A stretch of 56,301 nucleotides of DNA from NCBI RefSeq assembly GCF_002087085.1, contig NZ_MWQY01000011.1, positions 124,001 to 180,301 of the forward strand. The letters are read 5' to 3'. The notes under the pieces are model-generated. The model was given only the letters and a program-made list of their open reading frames with translations, was not told the origin of the DNA and did no database searches. Position numbers and translations under genes: made by a program. Below, in pieces: positions 1-10,430 of this stretch. Position 1 is the stretch's first letter. Each line of letters opens with the position of its first letter.

Positions 1-1
1 T

Positions 2-1309
2 CTTCAGGAGCTGGACGCCGGGCAGAAGGCCGCCGTGGAAATTTTCAATACCGAAACGATTCCCGCCCTCCAGGAAACCCAGAGCGCCCTGGCCGGTCTG
101 GTTGGATATTTTGAAGAGCGTGCGGAGACCGCCCGGCGAGACATGGAGGAACAGATCCGGCAGATCATTATTACCGTTATCGCCATAGCCCTGGCGGCCC
201 TGCTTGCGGGGCTCTTTCTGGCGGTATTTACCACCTCCGCAATCCTGAAGCAGCTGGGACAGGATCCCATGATCCTGGAACGGATAGCCGAACGGGTAGC
301 CCGGGGTGACCTGACAGTAGATCTTGCCGGTATCGACAGCTCCGAGGGGGTCTACCGTTCCGTGCTGGAAATGGTCGCGGCCCTGAAGGAAAAATCCGAT
401 TCCCTGGAGATTCTTTCGGGGGGAGATTTTTCCCGGGAAATTAAAAAAGCCGGCAGTGCCGATATCCTGGGGGCATCGATGATTCGCATGCAGGAGTCCC
501 TCTCCTCGGTTCTTCGCCAGGTCCAGCAGGCCATCGAGCAGGTCGCCCAGGGAGCGGACCAGGTCAGCACGGCCAGTCAGGACCTCTCCCAGGGGGCTAC
601 CGAACAGGCGAGTTCCCTGGAGGAGATATCCTCCTCGATAACCGAGATAAACGGTCAGGCCTCCCAGAATGCAGCCAGTGCAGGAGAAGCCAACAGGCTT
701 GCAAACGAGGCCAGGGACAACGCGGTCTCCGGCAACCGTTACATGGAAGAACTTGTCCGGGCGATGCAGCAGATCAATCTCGGGTCCGGTGAAATCAAGA
801 AGGTGGTCAAAGTGATTGACGATATCGCCTTCCAGATTAATCTTCTTGCATTGAATGCAAATGTGGAGGCCGCCCGGGCCGGAAAATACGGCCGGGGTTT
901 TGCCGTGGTGGCCAATGAGGTTCGCAACCTGGCAAATCGCAGTGCCGAGGCGGTCAGGGAGACGGAGACCATCGTTGACGATTCCCTGGAGAGGATCTCT
1001 GCAGGGGACAGGCTGGTAAACGATACGGCGGGACAGCTCATACAGATAGTGGAAGGAGTCGAGAAGGTTGCCTCGTTTCTCGAAGAGATCTCCTCTGCCA
1101 GCAGAGAACAGGCCCAGGGGCTCAAACAGATAAGCAGCGGTGTTGAGCAGATTGATGAAGTAACCCAGGCAAATACCGCCTCCGCAGAGCAGAGCGCTTC
1201 CGCCGCCGAAGAACTGGCGGGGCAGGCTGAGGAGCTGCGAAAACTGATCTCCCGGTTCAAACTTTCCGCAGGGAATATGCTCCTGGAAGGTCCCGGGGAA
1301 GAGGGCTGA
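2..1309 (+). CDS. Methyl-accepting chemotaxis protein (5'-truncated by window edge)
   Basis: Frame is open from base 2. TM helix, HAMP-like segment and MCP hairpin signature [40 protein letters not shown]. Confidence 0.95.
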   Translation, partial: LQELDAGQKAAVEIFNTETIPALQETQSALAGLVGYFEERAETARRDMEEQIRQIIITVIAIALAALLAGLFLAVFTTSAILKQLGQDPMILERIAERVARGDLTVDLAGIDSSEGVYRSVLEMVAALKEKSDSLEILSGGDFSREIKKAGSADILGASMIRMQESLSSVLRQVQQAIEQVAQGADQVSTASQDLSQGATEQASSLEEISSSITEINGQASQNAASAGEANRLANEARDNAVSGNRYMEELVRAMQQINLGSGEIKKVVKVIDDIAFQINLLALNANVEAARAGKYGRGFAVVANEVRNLANRSAEAVRETETIVDDSLERISAGDRLVNDTAGQLIQIVEGVEKVASFLEEISSASREQAQGLKQISSGVEQIDEVTQANTASAEQSASAAEELAGQAEELRKLISRFKLSAGNMLLEGPGEEG

Positions 1310-1322
1310 TCCTGCCGGAATC

Positions 1323-2465
1323 TCAGACCAGGGTGAGAAGCCGTGCCAGAAGCACCCCCAGATAGTTTCCTGCGGCATAGCCGATAATGCCGGTGGTGAT
1401 CCCCGGAAAGATCAGGTTCCGGTTGTTCAGGGAGATCGCCACCGCGGAGACGAAGGGCGGGGAGTAGATTGCCGAAGTGGAGGTTATCATCATTGTGTCG
1501 GCGTCCACACCGAATATGCGGCACAGGAGCAGATGAATCAGAATTGAAATTCCCAGGGCGGCAGTAACATAGCCCAGGACGGAGGGAATCGTCGTCAGCA
1601 GTTTTGTGAAATCCGCCATGGAACCCACCGCAGCACAGAAGACCAGGATTACGTATTCCCCGATCTTGAAACTGTGGGGAAGCTCCCTGATCCGGGGAAT
1701 AAAGGAGGCACCGATGGCAATACTGGTTATTCCCAGAATGGCGGCTACGGTGGAAGCCTCGCCGGGAAAGAAGAGGGAGAAGGCGCCGCCGAGAACAACG
1801 ATGCCAAGGGCGACCCCCAGGGAGGCCATGACGCTCCCTCCGGCCCTGTCGGTAATCATGGTCCGCAGGGCTTTCAGGGAGAGGGGTTCGATCTCCCGTC
1901 CTTCGGTGTAGCTGTCCCGATAGCGGGGCAGGATTTTTCTGATGATCCTGCGGCCCAGGGTAAGCAGAAAAAGCAGATAGACTCCTCCCACAAGAACATC
2001 TGCGGTATGTACGGCCAGATAACTTTCCGTATTGACCTGCAGTGCCCGCTGCAGGGCCGCCATATTCGGGGTGCCCCCGGTGTACACGCCAACCAGAAGG
2101 CCCGCAATCTTTGCGCTCTCATCTATCCCGGATCCGAAAAGCAGAAAGCAGACGGCGGAGGAACTCATGATGGCAAAAAATGCGAAAGCCATGGAAAGCC
2201 CCGCTCTTCCTGTAAGCTCCCGCCAGCGTGAAAGGTCCAGGGAGATGAGCATCAGCGGCAGGGACAGGGCCACCGTTACGGTGGAGATCGCGTCCAGCAC
2301 CGGAAAACTTCCCTCCGGCAGCAATCCGCTGTTTCCGATCAGGATTCCCACAATATAGCAGAGAATGATGGGGCGGACTCTGCGGACAATGGACGAGGTT
2401 TCGACGAATATTACGATCCCCAGGGGTATAAAAACATACAGGGCGGTTATTCCAAAGGCGACCAT
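1323..2465 (-). CDS. DUF819-like multi-pass membrane protein
   Basis: About 10 hydrophobic helices; GVYTGGTPNMAA motif typical of DUF819. Confidence 0.75.
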   Translation of the reverse strand: MVAFGITALYVFIPLGIVIFVETSSIVRRVRPIILCYIVGILIGNSGLLPEGSFPVLDAISTVTVALSLPLMLISLDLSRWRELTGRAGLSMAFAFFAIMSSSAVCFLLFGSGIDESAKIAGLLVGVYTGGTPNMAALQRALQVNTESYLAVHTADVLVGGVYLLFLLTLGRRIIRKILPRYRDSYTEGREIEPLSLKALRTMITDRAGGSVMASLGVALGIVVLGGAFSLFFPGEASTVAAILGITSIAIGASFIPRIRELPHSFKIGEYVILVFCAAVGSMADFTKLLTTIPSVLGYVTAALGISILIHLLLCRIFGVDADTMMITSTSAIYSPPFVSAVAISLNNRNLIFPGITTGIIGYAAGNYLGVLLARLLTLV

Positions 2466-2477
2466 GTCCGCCGCCTT

Positions 2478-2957
2478 CTAGTGGTGATGGTCCCCGGTAT
2501 GGACGTGGCCGTGGTCAAGTTCCTCTTCCGTTGCGGCGCGCACCTGTGCAACGGTCACGTCGAAGTCCAGATCGACCCCGGCGTAGGGATGATTCCCGTC
2601 CAGGGTTACCGTATTGTCCTGAATATCGATTATCGTAAAGACCTGGTGGCCGTGGTCCGTTTCCGCCTCGACCTGGAGCCCGTTGACGATCTCCTCATCC
2701 TCGGGAAATCGGTCACGGGGAACGGATATTATCTGTTTCTCGTCCCGGTCGCCGAAACCCTCTTCCGGACTCAGGCTTACCTGGACCCGGGCTCCCGCCT
2801 CTTTTCCTTCCAGGGCCTCTTCGAGTTTCGTCGGCAGCTGTCCGTAGCCGTGGAGATAGGCGAAGTTTTCTTCCCTGTCGCTCTTTTCCAGAAGGTTTCC
2901 GTCTCCGTCGTTGAGAATGTAGTCTATAAAAACAACTGTGTCCTGTGCAATCTTCAT
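2478..2957 (-). CDS. slyD: FKBP-type peptidyl-prolyl isomerase SlyD
   Basis: Start MKIAQDTVV with AAGGAG SD; YLHG, LDGNHPYAG, His-rich tail HGHVHTGDHHH. Confidence 0.92.
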   Translation of the reverse strand: MKIAQDTVVFIDYILNDGDGNLLEKSDREENFAYLHGYGQLPTKLEEALEGKEAGARVQVSLSPEEGFGDRDEKQIISVPRDRFPEDEEIVNGLQVEAETDHGHQVFTIIDIQDNTVTLDGNHPYAGVDLDFDVTVAQVRAATEEELDHGHVHTGDHHH

Positions 2958-3022
2958 GAAAAACTCCTTGTGCTTTAGTCTACTGTAGACTTGTCTCTGA
3001 GAAAAGCAAAATCGGGAAGAGA

Positions 3023-3051
3023 TTGTGATTTGAAGTGCTTTTCTGTATAGT
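3023..3051 (+). promoter_or_regulatory. Putative sigma70 promoter for thyX (TTGTGA-N17-TATAGT)
   Basis: Correct spacing, 33 nt upstream of the thyX ATG. Confidence 0.4.
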
Positions 3052-3084
3052 GATGAACAAGATTCCATTTTATCGAGGATTATT

Positions 3085-3921
3085 ATGGCCCGTTGCATTG
3101 TACCCGAAGCCGACGCGATTCTGGACAGGGAGTTCCCCGTACTTGACAAAGGTTTTGTCCGGCTGGTTGATTATATGGGAGGGGATGAGCGGATCGTACA
3201 GGCTGCCCGGGTAAGTTACGGCGCCGGTACCAAGAGTTACCGCCAGGACAAAGGGCTGATCTCCTACCTGCTCCGAAACGAGCATACCAGCCCTTTCGAG
3301 CAGGTGGTTCTTACATTTCACGTAAAGATGCCCATCTTCGTGGCCCGGCAGTGGATCCGTCACAGGACTGCCCGGCTGAATGAGATCTCCGGCCGATACT
3401 CCATCATGAAGGATGAGTTTTACGTACCTGCCATGGAAGACGTTTCCGGTCAGAGCGAGAATAACAAGCAGGGACGTCAGGAAGAGCCCCTGCCTCCGGA
3501 TACAGCGGAAAGAATCCGGGCAATACTCACCGAAGGCCAGAAAAGGGCTTACGGCGAGTATTCCGACCTGATCGAAGAGGGGGTGGCCAGGGAGCTGGCG
3601 CGGGTCAACCTTCCCTTGAGTCTCTACACCGAATGGTACTGGCAGATGGATCTGCACAACCTCTTTCACTTCCTCAAGCTGCGTCTCGACCCCCACGCTC
3701 AGCGGGAGATTCGTCTCTATGCCGAAGTCGTCCTGTCCATTGCCGAGATAGTGGCACCCATCGCCTGCGAGGCCTTTCGTTCCCACATTTTCGGAAGTGC
3801 CCGCTTCTCCGCCCTGGAGCTTGAGGCTCTTCGCCGGATGGTCCGGGGAGAAGATCACGGATTGGAGGGAAGAGCGGCGGAGCTTTTTCTGTCAAAGCTC
3901 GAAAAGGGAAGCGAGGTGTAA
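3085..3921 (+). CDS. thyX: FAD-dependent thymidylate synthase
   Basis: AARVSY, HTSPFE and ThyX motif RHRTARLNEISGRY; HAQREIR. Confidence 0.97.
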   Translation: MARCIVPEADAILDREFPVLDKGFVRLVDYMGGDERIVQAARVSYGAGTKSYRQDKGLISYLLRNEHTSPFEQVVLTFHVKMPIFVARQWIRHRTARLNEISGRYSIMKDEFYVPAMEDVSGQSENNKQGRQEEPLPPDTAERIRAILTEGQKRAYGEYSDLIEEGVARELARVNLPLSLYTEWYWQMDLHNLFHFLKLRLDPHAQREIRLYAEVVLSIAEIVAPIACEAFRSHIFGSARFSALELEALRRMVRGEDHGLEGRAAELFLSKLEKGSEV

Positions 3922-3926
3922 TCCCG

Positions 3927-6023
3927 TCAGGAATCTGCTGAATTCTTCAGGTCCCGTAGGGGAAAGCGGAGGGTAAAGCCGCTTTTTCCATCGTGGTCCA
4001 GTCGTCCCTTCATCTGCTGGGCGAGGTTCTCCACCAGCAGGAAGCCCAGGGTCTCCCGGTTCTTCGCGTCAAAATCGAATCCCGGACCCCGGTCAGCATA
4101 TTCAAGCACACACCAGTCGCCCTTCCGGAAAAGAGAGATGCGGAAACGGCATTCCCCCTGTATATTTGCGTACTTGATACTGTTGCTTACGAATTCGGTG
4201 ATAATTATACCCAGGGGAATTGCCTCATCCAGGTGGAGTCTGAGGTTTTCAATATCGAGAGAAAAGTCGATTCTTCCCGAAGCGCTGTGGGCACTCGCCA
4301 GCTGATAAACCAGGGATTCCAGATATTTCAAGGCTTCCACGCTGTAGAGGTTTTCCGACTGGTACAGGAGTTCATGAACCGCAGCTATCGCATTGATCCG
4401 CTGCCTGCTGTCGTTGAGCATGGACATGCTGGCGGGATCCCTGACCCGGTCTGTTTGAAGTCTCAGGAGGCTGATGATTATCTGAAGATTGTTCTTTACC
4501 CGATGATGAACCTCCCGCAGGAGGAGCTCATTCTTCCGGAGGGATTCCTCGAGATAGCGCTGGTTCCGGTTCCGTTCATTGATATTCCTGAGGATGGTCA
4601 GGATTGCAGTTTTTCCCTGGTAATTGACCTTGGAAACCCTGCTTTCAAACTCCAGTATACGGCCGTCCCTGCTCAGGTGATGAACCTCGTAGATTCTTGT
4701 GTCCCGGGTAAGGATTTCATGAACCCGCCTGTCAAATTCCGCCGCATATTCAGGGGTATCCAGCTCCTGAATTGTCAATCCGCGTATCTCTTCTAGGGAG
4801 TATCCGTGAAAATTTTCGACAGCTTTGTTTGCAATGAGTATTTTTCCAGAAGGACTGAAAAGAAAAATCACGTCCGGGGCGTTGTCGAAGAGTGAGAAGA
4901 ACAGTGATTCAGCCTGTTTCCGTTTTCTGATATTCAAGCCAAGGAGAAGAACGACACCGATAAGGACGACAAAGGCAATGAGTATACCTGCAAAGGTAAG
5001 GGGATAACGGAAATAGATGGTGTCCGGACGGTTGATGATTTCTGAATCGGAAGGAAGTCTGTTGACGGGAATATCGAAGCTCTTCAGGGCCTGGTAATCG
5101 AACACCGGATGAACCAGGGGAGTTCTTCTGACAGGAAGCTGATCCGGATCTTCCCCGGAAAGAATCCGGAGGGCCATCTCTGCAGCGACTTCCCCCTGAT
5201 TTTGGACGTCCAGGGCCATACCGCCCACCGTCCCGAAGCGGATTGCCACGTCCCAGGCGGTATATACCGGCCGTCCGGTCTCTGTGAGAAGGAATATGCC
5301 TTCTCTGTCGCTCAGGTTTGTACCGTTTCTCTCCTGCCAGTATCCGAGATTGAGAATCACAGCGTCTTCCGGCAGCCTGCTCAATCTGCTTCTGAGTTCC
5401 GCCGCATCCTGGCCGAATAATACTTCGTATTTAAGACCCGGGCTCCGGGGATCATTGATCCGGTCAAGAAGAAGACGGGTATTCTCGCGCCCCGAAACTG
5501 TGGAATCCGCCACGACGGCAACGGTGGTTCCGATTCCGTGAAGCCTTTCGATGAGAACGAGATTACTGGCAAGATCGAAATCCTCGGCGATTCCGGTAAA
5601 GCCGGAGGGCAGTATACGCAGGTAGGAATCATAATTATTGATGCCGCAGAATACGACGGGTACCTCCGGAAACAGTTCTGTACGGTAGTCGAGAACGAAT
5701 CGGAGGGAAGCATCATCGCTGACGATGACTACATCAAAATTGAACCCGGAATACTTGTCTTTCAGATACCCGGCAAAGCGGGGTGAGAATACCCGGGGAT
5801 CTTTTCTTTTCGCATCCAGGTATTCAAAAAACAGCTGGTGTTCTGTTTCCGAGGATTCAAAAGTCCCGATGATTCCTGTATGAATGGCTTCGGTCCAGAA
5901 AAAACCTGCATGGTAGGAGTGGAGAACCAGTACTCCGGATGCGGGGCCCGCATACACAGCAAAGGGAAAAAGAAGTATAAAACCTATAATAAGCAGTCTG
6001 AATAATATAAATACTCTCGGCAT
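3927..6023 (-). CDS. Sensor histidine kinase (periplasmic ABC-substrate-binding-like domain, TM, PAS, HisKA_2/HATPase)
   Basis: VLVLHSYH periplasmic motif, PAS region, EVHHRVKNNLQ H-box, EFVSNSIKYA N-box, DRGPG, TLGFLLV. Confidence 0.92.
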   Translation of the reverse strand: MPRVFILFRLLIIGFILLFPFAVYAGPASGVLVLHSYHAGFFWTEAIHTGIIGTFESSETEHQLFFEYLDAKRKDPRVFSPRFAGYLKDKYSGFNFDVVIVSDDASLRFVLDYRTELFPEVPVVFCGINNYDSYLRILPSGFTGIAEDFDLASNLVLIERLHGIGTTVAVVADSTVSGRENTRLLLDRINDPRSPGLKYEVLFGQDAAELRSRLSRLPEDAVILNLGYWQERNGTNLSDREGIFLLTETGRPVYTAWDVAIRFGTVGGMALDVQNQGEVAAEMALRILSGEDPDQLPVRRTPLVHPVFDYQALKSFDIPVNRLPSDSEIINRPDTIYFRYPLTFAGILIAFVVLIGVVLLLGLNIRKRKQAESLFFSLFDNAPDVIFLFSPSGKILIANKAVENFHGYSLEEIRGLTIQELDTPEYAAEFDRRVHEILTRDTRIYEVHHLSRDGRILEFESRVSKVNYQGKTAILTILRNINERNRNQRYLEESLRKNELLLREVHHRVKNNLQIIISLLRLQTDRVRDPASMSMLNDSRQRINAIAAVHELLYQSENLYSVEALKYLESLVYQLASAHSASGRIDFSLDIENLRLHLDEAIPLGIIITEFVSNSIKYANIQGECRFRISLFRKGDWCVLEYADRGPGFDFDAKNRETLGFLLVENLAQQMKGRLDHDGKSGFTLRFPLRDLKNSADS

Positions 6024-6098
6024 GTTGCAAGCTGTTGTAAAACCAAATGTAGACCCATTGTATGGCTTAATCTGCCCGAAGGCAAGGGTAAAAACCGT

Positions 6099-8597
6099 TC
6101 ATGGCTGCAACAGAAGCTGCTCTTCGAAACTGTCGTCGGTTTCATGGTAGCTGACAAGAGCCGGAGACCGGTGCCGTTCGGCTTCCGCTGTAGTGCGGGC
6201 CGCCAGTTTTACCATTTTATTGGCGCTCCAGGTAGGATGATAGCTTACCAGACCGATGTGAATGCCAAGGCCCGGTAATTTTTCCATGATTGTTGAACTG
6301 AGGCGTCGGCAGAAAAGACGGGCGTTATCCCCGTTCGTCTCCTGCAGAACGATGGGTATGGTATCGTCGGGCATTCTGAAGGGACGGTCGGAGTACTCCC
6401 TGATTTCTCCCCGTATGCAGTGGCCGATAACCCGCAGTCTGTCATCCCTCTCTTCGGGTTCGAGGATCCTCAGTTCAGGAATCGAAATGGTTATTATGGA
6501 CAGGGGAAGCCCCGCGGAATGGTAGTTCTCCACGGCGCTCTGAACGGTCGGCGTATACTCCTTCGGATCCAGCAGCCCGGAAACCCTGTCGGTGTTTTCC
6601 TTTTCTCCTTCCAGAAACTCCTCCGGAGGGGTAAGTTCAATGTCATTGCTTTCGATTATTCGGGCAGTCTCCATACTGCTTACGGAATAGATGGGTATTT
6701 CCCTGTGTCCTTCTTCGTGGCGATAGAGGGGAAACTGGCCTGATCCGTACAGGTGACTCTCCGGATTGTTCACCAGGTAATCCAGATAGCCGAGGATCAG
6801 CGCGGAATGGGAAACGAGGTTCCGGTTATCCTGGGGCAGTCCCTTGCGCTTCAGGTAACGGCGAAAACGTTGAATTACAAAACTGTCAATCTCAAAATGG
6901 AAAGGTGCATTGGCGTTTCTGATGCCCGGTTTATAGCTTTCCGGGTTCGGCTGCAGGGATCCGGAAAGCAGGCTGTAGAAACCCGAAACGGTGGTGTGCA
7001 GCTGGGGCAGGCTGCGTTCATCCGGGTATATGCTTCCCCGGGATGAGACCTGGAGATGAGGCAGCAGACTGCGGCGGATCCGGAGCATGATGAAGCTCTC
7101 CTGCTTTATTCCGGATTCGCTGTGACGGTATTCTGGGGAACGTTCAATCTGCCGGCAATAGTCTACCAGCTCGTTTAAAAGACGGCCGCAGAGAAGTTCA
7201 TCCAGCAGCCGGTTCCACCCCGAGATGTGTTTGTCAATTTCGCTCTGTATTTCCGTGGCATTGTCCTCTTCGTCGATAACCTCGCCGAATATGATTTGCC
7301 GGAAACCGTAAAGAAACTCCTGCAGCACAGCCAGGAGTACCGCAAGCTGGTGAAGAGGATTCTCCGGATGAAAGAGGTCCGCGTTCTTGGGAAAGCTGAG
7401 GATTGGTTTAAAATAGCGGAACATATCGGGGAATTCCCAGGGTTCCTCGAAGCCGCTCTGGGGGAAGAGTCTGGAAAGAAACTCCAGGGCCTTTGAGGCT
7501 TCCTCCGGGAGTTCCGCCTCCTTCTCTTCTTCCTCAGGCTCCTCCAGTATTTCTTCTTCAGCTGCTTCTGCCGTCTCTTCCTCTTCAGGGAGAAAATCCG
7601 ATTCGGCGTCGCCTGCCAGCAGGTCTTCCGGCAGACTTTCGAGAATATCGTTTCGTGTAAGAGACAGGTACTCAAGGATCTGGGGACGGAAGTAGCTGAA
7701 AAGCTCCGGATAGGGGGCGTAGGGCAGATCCGCCAGCTTTACCAGGAGGGGAGCACAGCGGCGCCGCACGTCGGTAAAAAGATGGAATATCTCCTGCTTA
7801 AGGGTACTGCCGATGCGCTTGATGCGGTCCGCCTCCCCGGAATCGGGAGGATAGGCCATCAGATCGAGATCGAAAAGCCGTTTAATCGCGGGAAGGATAT
7901 GGGTTTCCGGTTCAAGATTCACCAGTTTTACGAAGGGTCTGTAAAAGGCCCGGATGAGCTTGCCTGCGGAACTCACAGGCTGATTTCTCGGTGAACGCTG
8001 AAGAACGGTCAATTCCTGGTGGATTGTCTCGATATTCCAGCTTTTCAAAATAGTGAGTATCTGAAGACAGCGATGGTCCAGCAGAGAAGGAACCTCTTCC
8101 CGGCGGTTGATGGACATGAGAGACCGGACAGCCAGAACAAAGCGTTCCAGAGAATTGTAAAAAACCTGGTCCGCTTTGATAATAAAACGGGGGTGGAGCT
8201 GCTCATGAATGGGAATAATGAAGGAGAAAAGGCTTCCCAGTGCCTGGTGACGGGGAATCAGGGCATAATCCGTCGAGGAGGCCCAGAAGTTTATCCGGAC
8301 CCTGTCAAGGTATCCGGGATGTCTCCGCTGCAGGTCGATCTCCGGCGTTTGCTTAAACGATCCTTCCTGATAAACCTCCCGGGAACCGTGGATTATCCGC
8401 GGATCGCTGTTTCGACGGTTGAGCATTTTGAGCCGGCGGTACTTTTCCTCAAGTTCCGGCGGTGTCCGTTCTATACCTATCTCTCCGCCGAAGATTTCGG
8501 CCATTTTTCTGGCTTCATTTTCCGTCAGATCTCCGAGATTCTGCCTGGTTCGGCCAAGTTCTCCCGGGTCATAGCGCTCGGGAGGATATTTAGGCAT
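6099..8597 (-). CDS. Large hypothetical protein with acidic linker and C-terminal degenerate GGDEF-like domain
   Basis: The last ~160 aa follow the GGDEF pattern (TDRVSGLL...LSIITISI...IREYSDRPFRMPDDTIPIVLQET...HIGLVSY), with the GGDEF position reading PDDTI. Confidence 0.7.
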   Translation of the reverse strand: MPKYPPERYDPGELGRTRQNLGDLTENEARKMAEIFGGEIGIERTPPELEEKYRRLKMLNRRNSDPRIIHGSREVYQEGSFKQTPEIDLQRRHPGYLDRVRINFWASSTDYALIPRHQALGSLFSFIIPIHEQLHPRFIIKADQVFYNSLERFVLAVRSLMSINRREEVPSLLDHRCLQILTILKSWNIETIHQELTVLQRSPRNQPVSSAGKLIRAFYRPFVKLVNLEPETHILPAIKRLFDLDLMAYPPDSGEADRIKRIGSTLKQEIFHLFTDVRRRCAPLLVKLADLPYAPYPELFSYFRPQILEYLSLTRNDILESLPEDLLAGDAESDFLPEEEETAEAAEEEILEEPEEEEKEAELPEEASKALEFLSRLFPQSGFEEPWEFPDMFRYFKPILSFPKNADLFHPENPLHQLAVLLAVLQEFLYGFRQIIFGEVIDEEDNATEIQSEIDKHISGWNRLLDELLCGRLLNELVDYCRQIERSPEYRHSESGIKQESFIMLRIRRSLLPHLQVSSRGSIYPDERSLPQLHTTVSGFYSLLSGSLQPNPESYKPGIRNANAPFHFEIDSFVIQRFRRYLKRKGLPQDNRNLVSHSALILGYLDYLVNNPESHLYGSGQFPLYRHEEGHREIPIYSVSSMETARIIESNDIELTPPEEFLEGEKENTDRVSGLLDPKEYTPTVQSAVENYHSAGLPLSIITISIPELRILEPEERDDRLRVIGHCIRGEIREYSDRPFRMPDDTIPIVLQETNGDNARLFCRRLSSTIMEKLPGLGIHIGLVSYHPTWSANKMVKLAARTTAEAERHRSPALVSYHETDDSFEEQLLLQP

Positions 8598-8608
8598 TAC
8601 AGAACTCC

Positions 8609-9535
8609 CTAATCGAGGACAATTTCCATTCCCTCCCGGGCTCCCTCAATAATCATGTCCGTCTTTGATTTTACTCTGCCGCGGTAATTTCCGATGAGAT
8701 CGTCCAGCTGTTCGTCGGTCCGCAGCGGATCGTGATGAAAGAGGAGCAGATGCTTGACCCCCGCTTTGTGGGCGGAGTTTATGGCGAATTCGAAGGTTGA
8801 GTGGCCCCAGCCGATTTTCGATTCCTCATATTCACGGTGGGTATACTGGGTGTCGTGGATCAGAAGGTCGGCGCCCTGGTAAAAGCGGAGCAGTTTTTCG
8901 TTTTCTTCCTTTGCCGCCCGTTCACCTTCTTCTGCGGCGATGGGGTCATAACCGGGTGCATCCGGATCGGTGGGGAAAACGTTGCGGAAGGGTTCGGTGT
9001 CGTAGGCGGTGCAGAATACCTTGCCCCGGTACTCAAAACGGTAGCCCAGGCAGAGAATCGGATGGTTCAGATACTTGGTCGTAACCCAGAGGCCGTCCCC
9101 CAGGTCCATGGAAGACTCCTTCAGGGGATGATAGCTGATATTCGCGGCAAGTTCGGAGTGCTTTACCGGGAAGTAGCGATAGGAGAGCTGTCCTCCCACA
9201 ATATCCTTGAGTCCCTCCTCCTCGTAGGTCACCGGTCCATAAACCTTCAGCCTGGTGCTGGGAATAAAGATCGGAACGAAAAAAGGAAAACCCATGATAT
9301 GATCCCAGTGGGTGTGGGATATAAAAAGGGAGGTATCTATGGGGCCTTTGGGCAGGTCGTGCTGCATAAGGTAGTTCCCAAGGGCCCGTATCCCTGAACC
9401 GGCATCTATTATGAAGAGCCGCTCCTCCTCTCCGACTCTGAGCTCTATGCAGGCGGTATTGCCGCCGTAGGCAACTGTTGTTTCTCCGGGACAGGGAATT
9501 GACCCGCGTACACCCCACAATCGAATTTTCATCAT
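8609..9535 (-). CDS. MBL-fold metallo-hydrolase (putative phosphodiesterase)
   Basis: WGVRGSIP, YGGNTAC, IDAGSG, HxHxDH (SHTHWDH), GWGHS, FHHDP. Confidence 0.9.
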   Translation of the reverse strand: MMKIRLWGVRGSIPCPGETTVAYGGNTACIELRVGEEERLFIIDAGSGIRALGNYLMQHDLPKGPIDTSLFISHTHWDHIMGFPFFVPIFIPSTRLKVYGPVTYEEEGLKDIVGGQLSYRYFPVKHSELAANISYHPLKESSMDLGDGLWVTTKYLNHPILCLGYRFEYRGKVFCTAYDTEPFRNVFPTDPDAPGYDPIAAEEGERAAKEENEKLLRFYQGADLLIHDTQYTHREYEESKIGWGHSTFEFAINSAHKAGVKHLLLFHHDPLRTDEQLDDLIGNYRGRVKSKTDMIIEGAREGMEIVLD

Positions 9536-9554
9536 ACCCTGTATCCTTTCTGCA

Positions 9555-10430
9555 TCAGGTCGCGATCTTCAGGAAGATCCGTGCTTTCTCTATTTCACTC
9601 AGAACCTGGTCTTCAATGTCATCAAACCACTCCATGTCCACATCGAGGGCCTGGAATACCTCGGGGGGAACGCTCAAGGGGTAGCGGTCACCGGCAAAAC
9701 CGATCTCGAAGGTATTGGCAAAGAAGTTTGCCGTCGTTACCGCGTAGACAATCTTCCAGTGGGGGCCCTCGTAACTCAAGGGGGCATGGTGAAAACTGAC
9801 GGCATCCTGAATCTCCTGGTTCAGGCGCCAGCGCTGCAGAATTATCTTGGCTACCTCGCAGTGGTGAATACCCATTACGTTCTTCTCGGCCTGGATCAGC
9901 GGGGCCTGTTCCCTGTCGGCGTTCTGCATGGCCGCGACATAGGGGTCGGCCAGGCGGTTGTTCAGGGGAATTTTGCCGATATCATGGAGCAGTCCCGCCA
10001 TAAAGAATTCCTCAAGCCGTTTCGGGTCGATTTTAAGTTTCTTTGCGATCAGCTTGGAGGTTACCCCCACGCAGAGGCTGTGACGCCAGAAACCATCCAT
10101 ATTGAGGCCCTTGGCCGAGGTCCCCTTGCCCAGGTTTGCCAGGACAGCCGTGCTGAGGGCGAGGTTCTTTACAGTATTGATGCCGAGCATGATTATAGCC
10201 CGCACCAGGGAGGTAACCTCCTGGGACAGGCCGTAATAGGCGGAGTTTATAAGCTTCATCACCTTGCCCATCAGTACCGGATCGAGGCTGATGACCTGGT
10301 TGAGGTCCGCCGGTGAGGCATTGGGGTCGTTGGAGATCTCCATTATCTTGGTTACACTGGTGGGAAGACTCGGCATTTTGTCGATATAGATCTTCAGGGC
10401 ATACAGATAATTCTTTTTGTTACTCTCCAT
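9555..10430 (-). CDS. HDOD domain protein
   Basis: MPSLP, DPVL...KLINSAYYG, FWRHSL, GLLHDIGK. Confidence 0.95.
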   Translation of the reverse strand: MESNKKNYLYALKIYIDKMPSLPTSVTKIMEISNDPNASPADLNQVISLDPVLMGKVMKLINSAYYGLSQEVTSLVRAIIMLGINTVKNLALSTAVLANLGKGTSAKGLNMDGFWRHSLCVGVTSKLIAKKLKIDPKRLEEFFMAGLLHDIGKIPLNNRLADPYVAAMQNADREQAPLIQAEKNVMGIHHCEVAKIILQRWRLNQEIQDAVSFHHAPLSYEGPHWKIVYAVTTANFFANTFEIGFAGDRYPLSVPPEVFQALDVDMEWFDDIEDQVLSEIEKARIFLKIAT

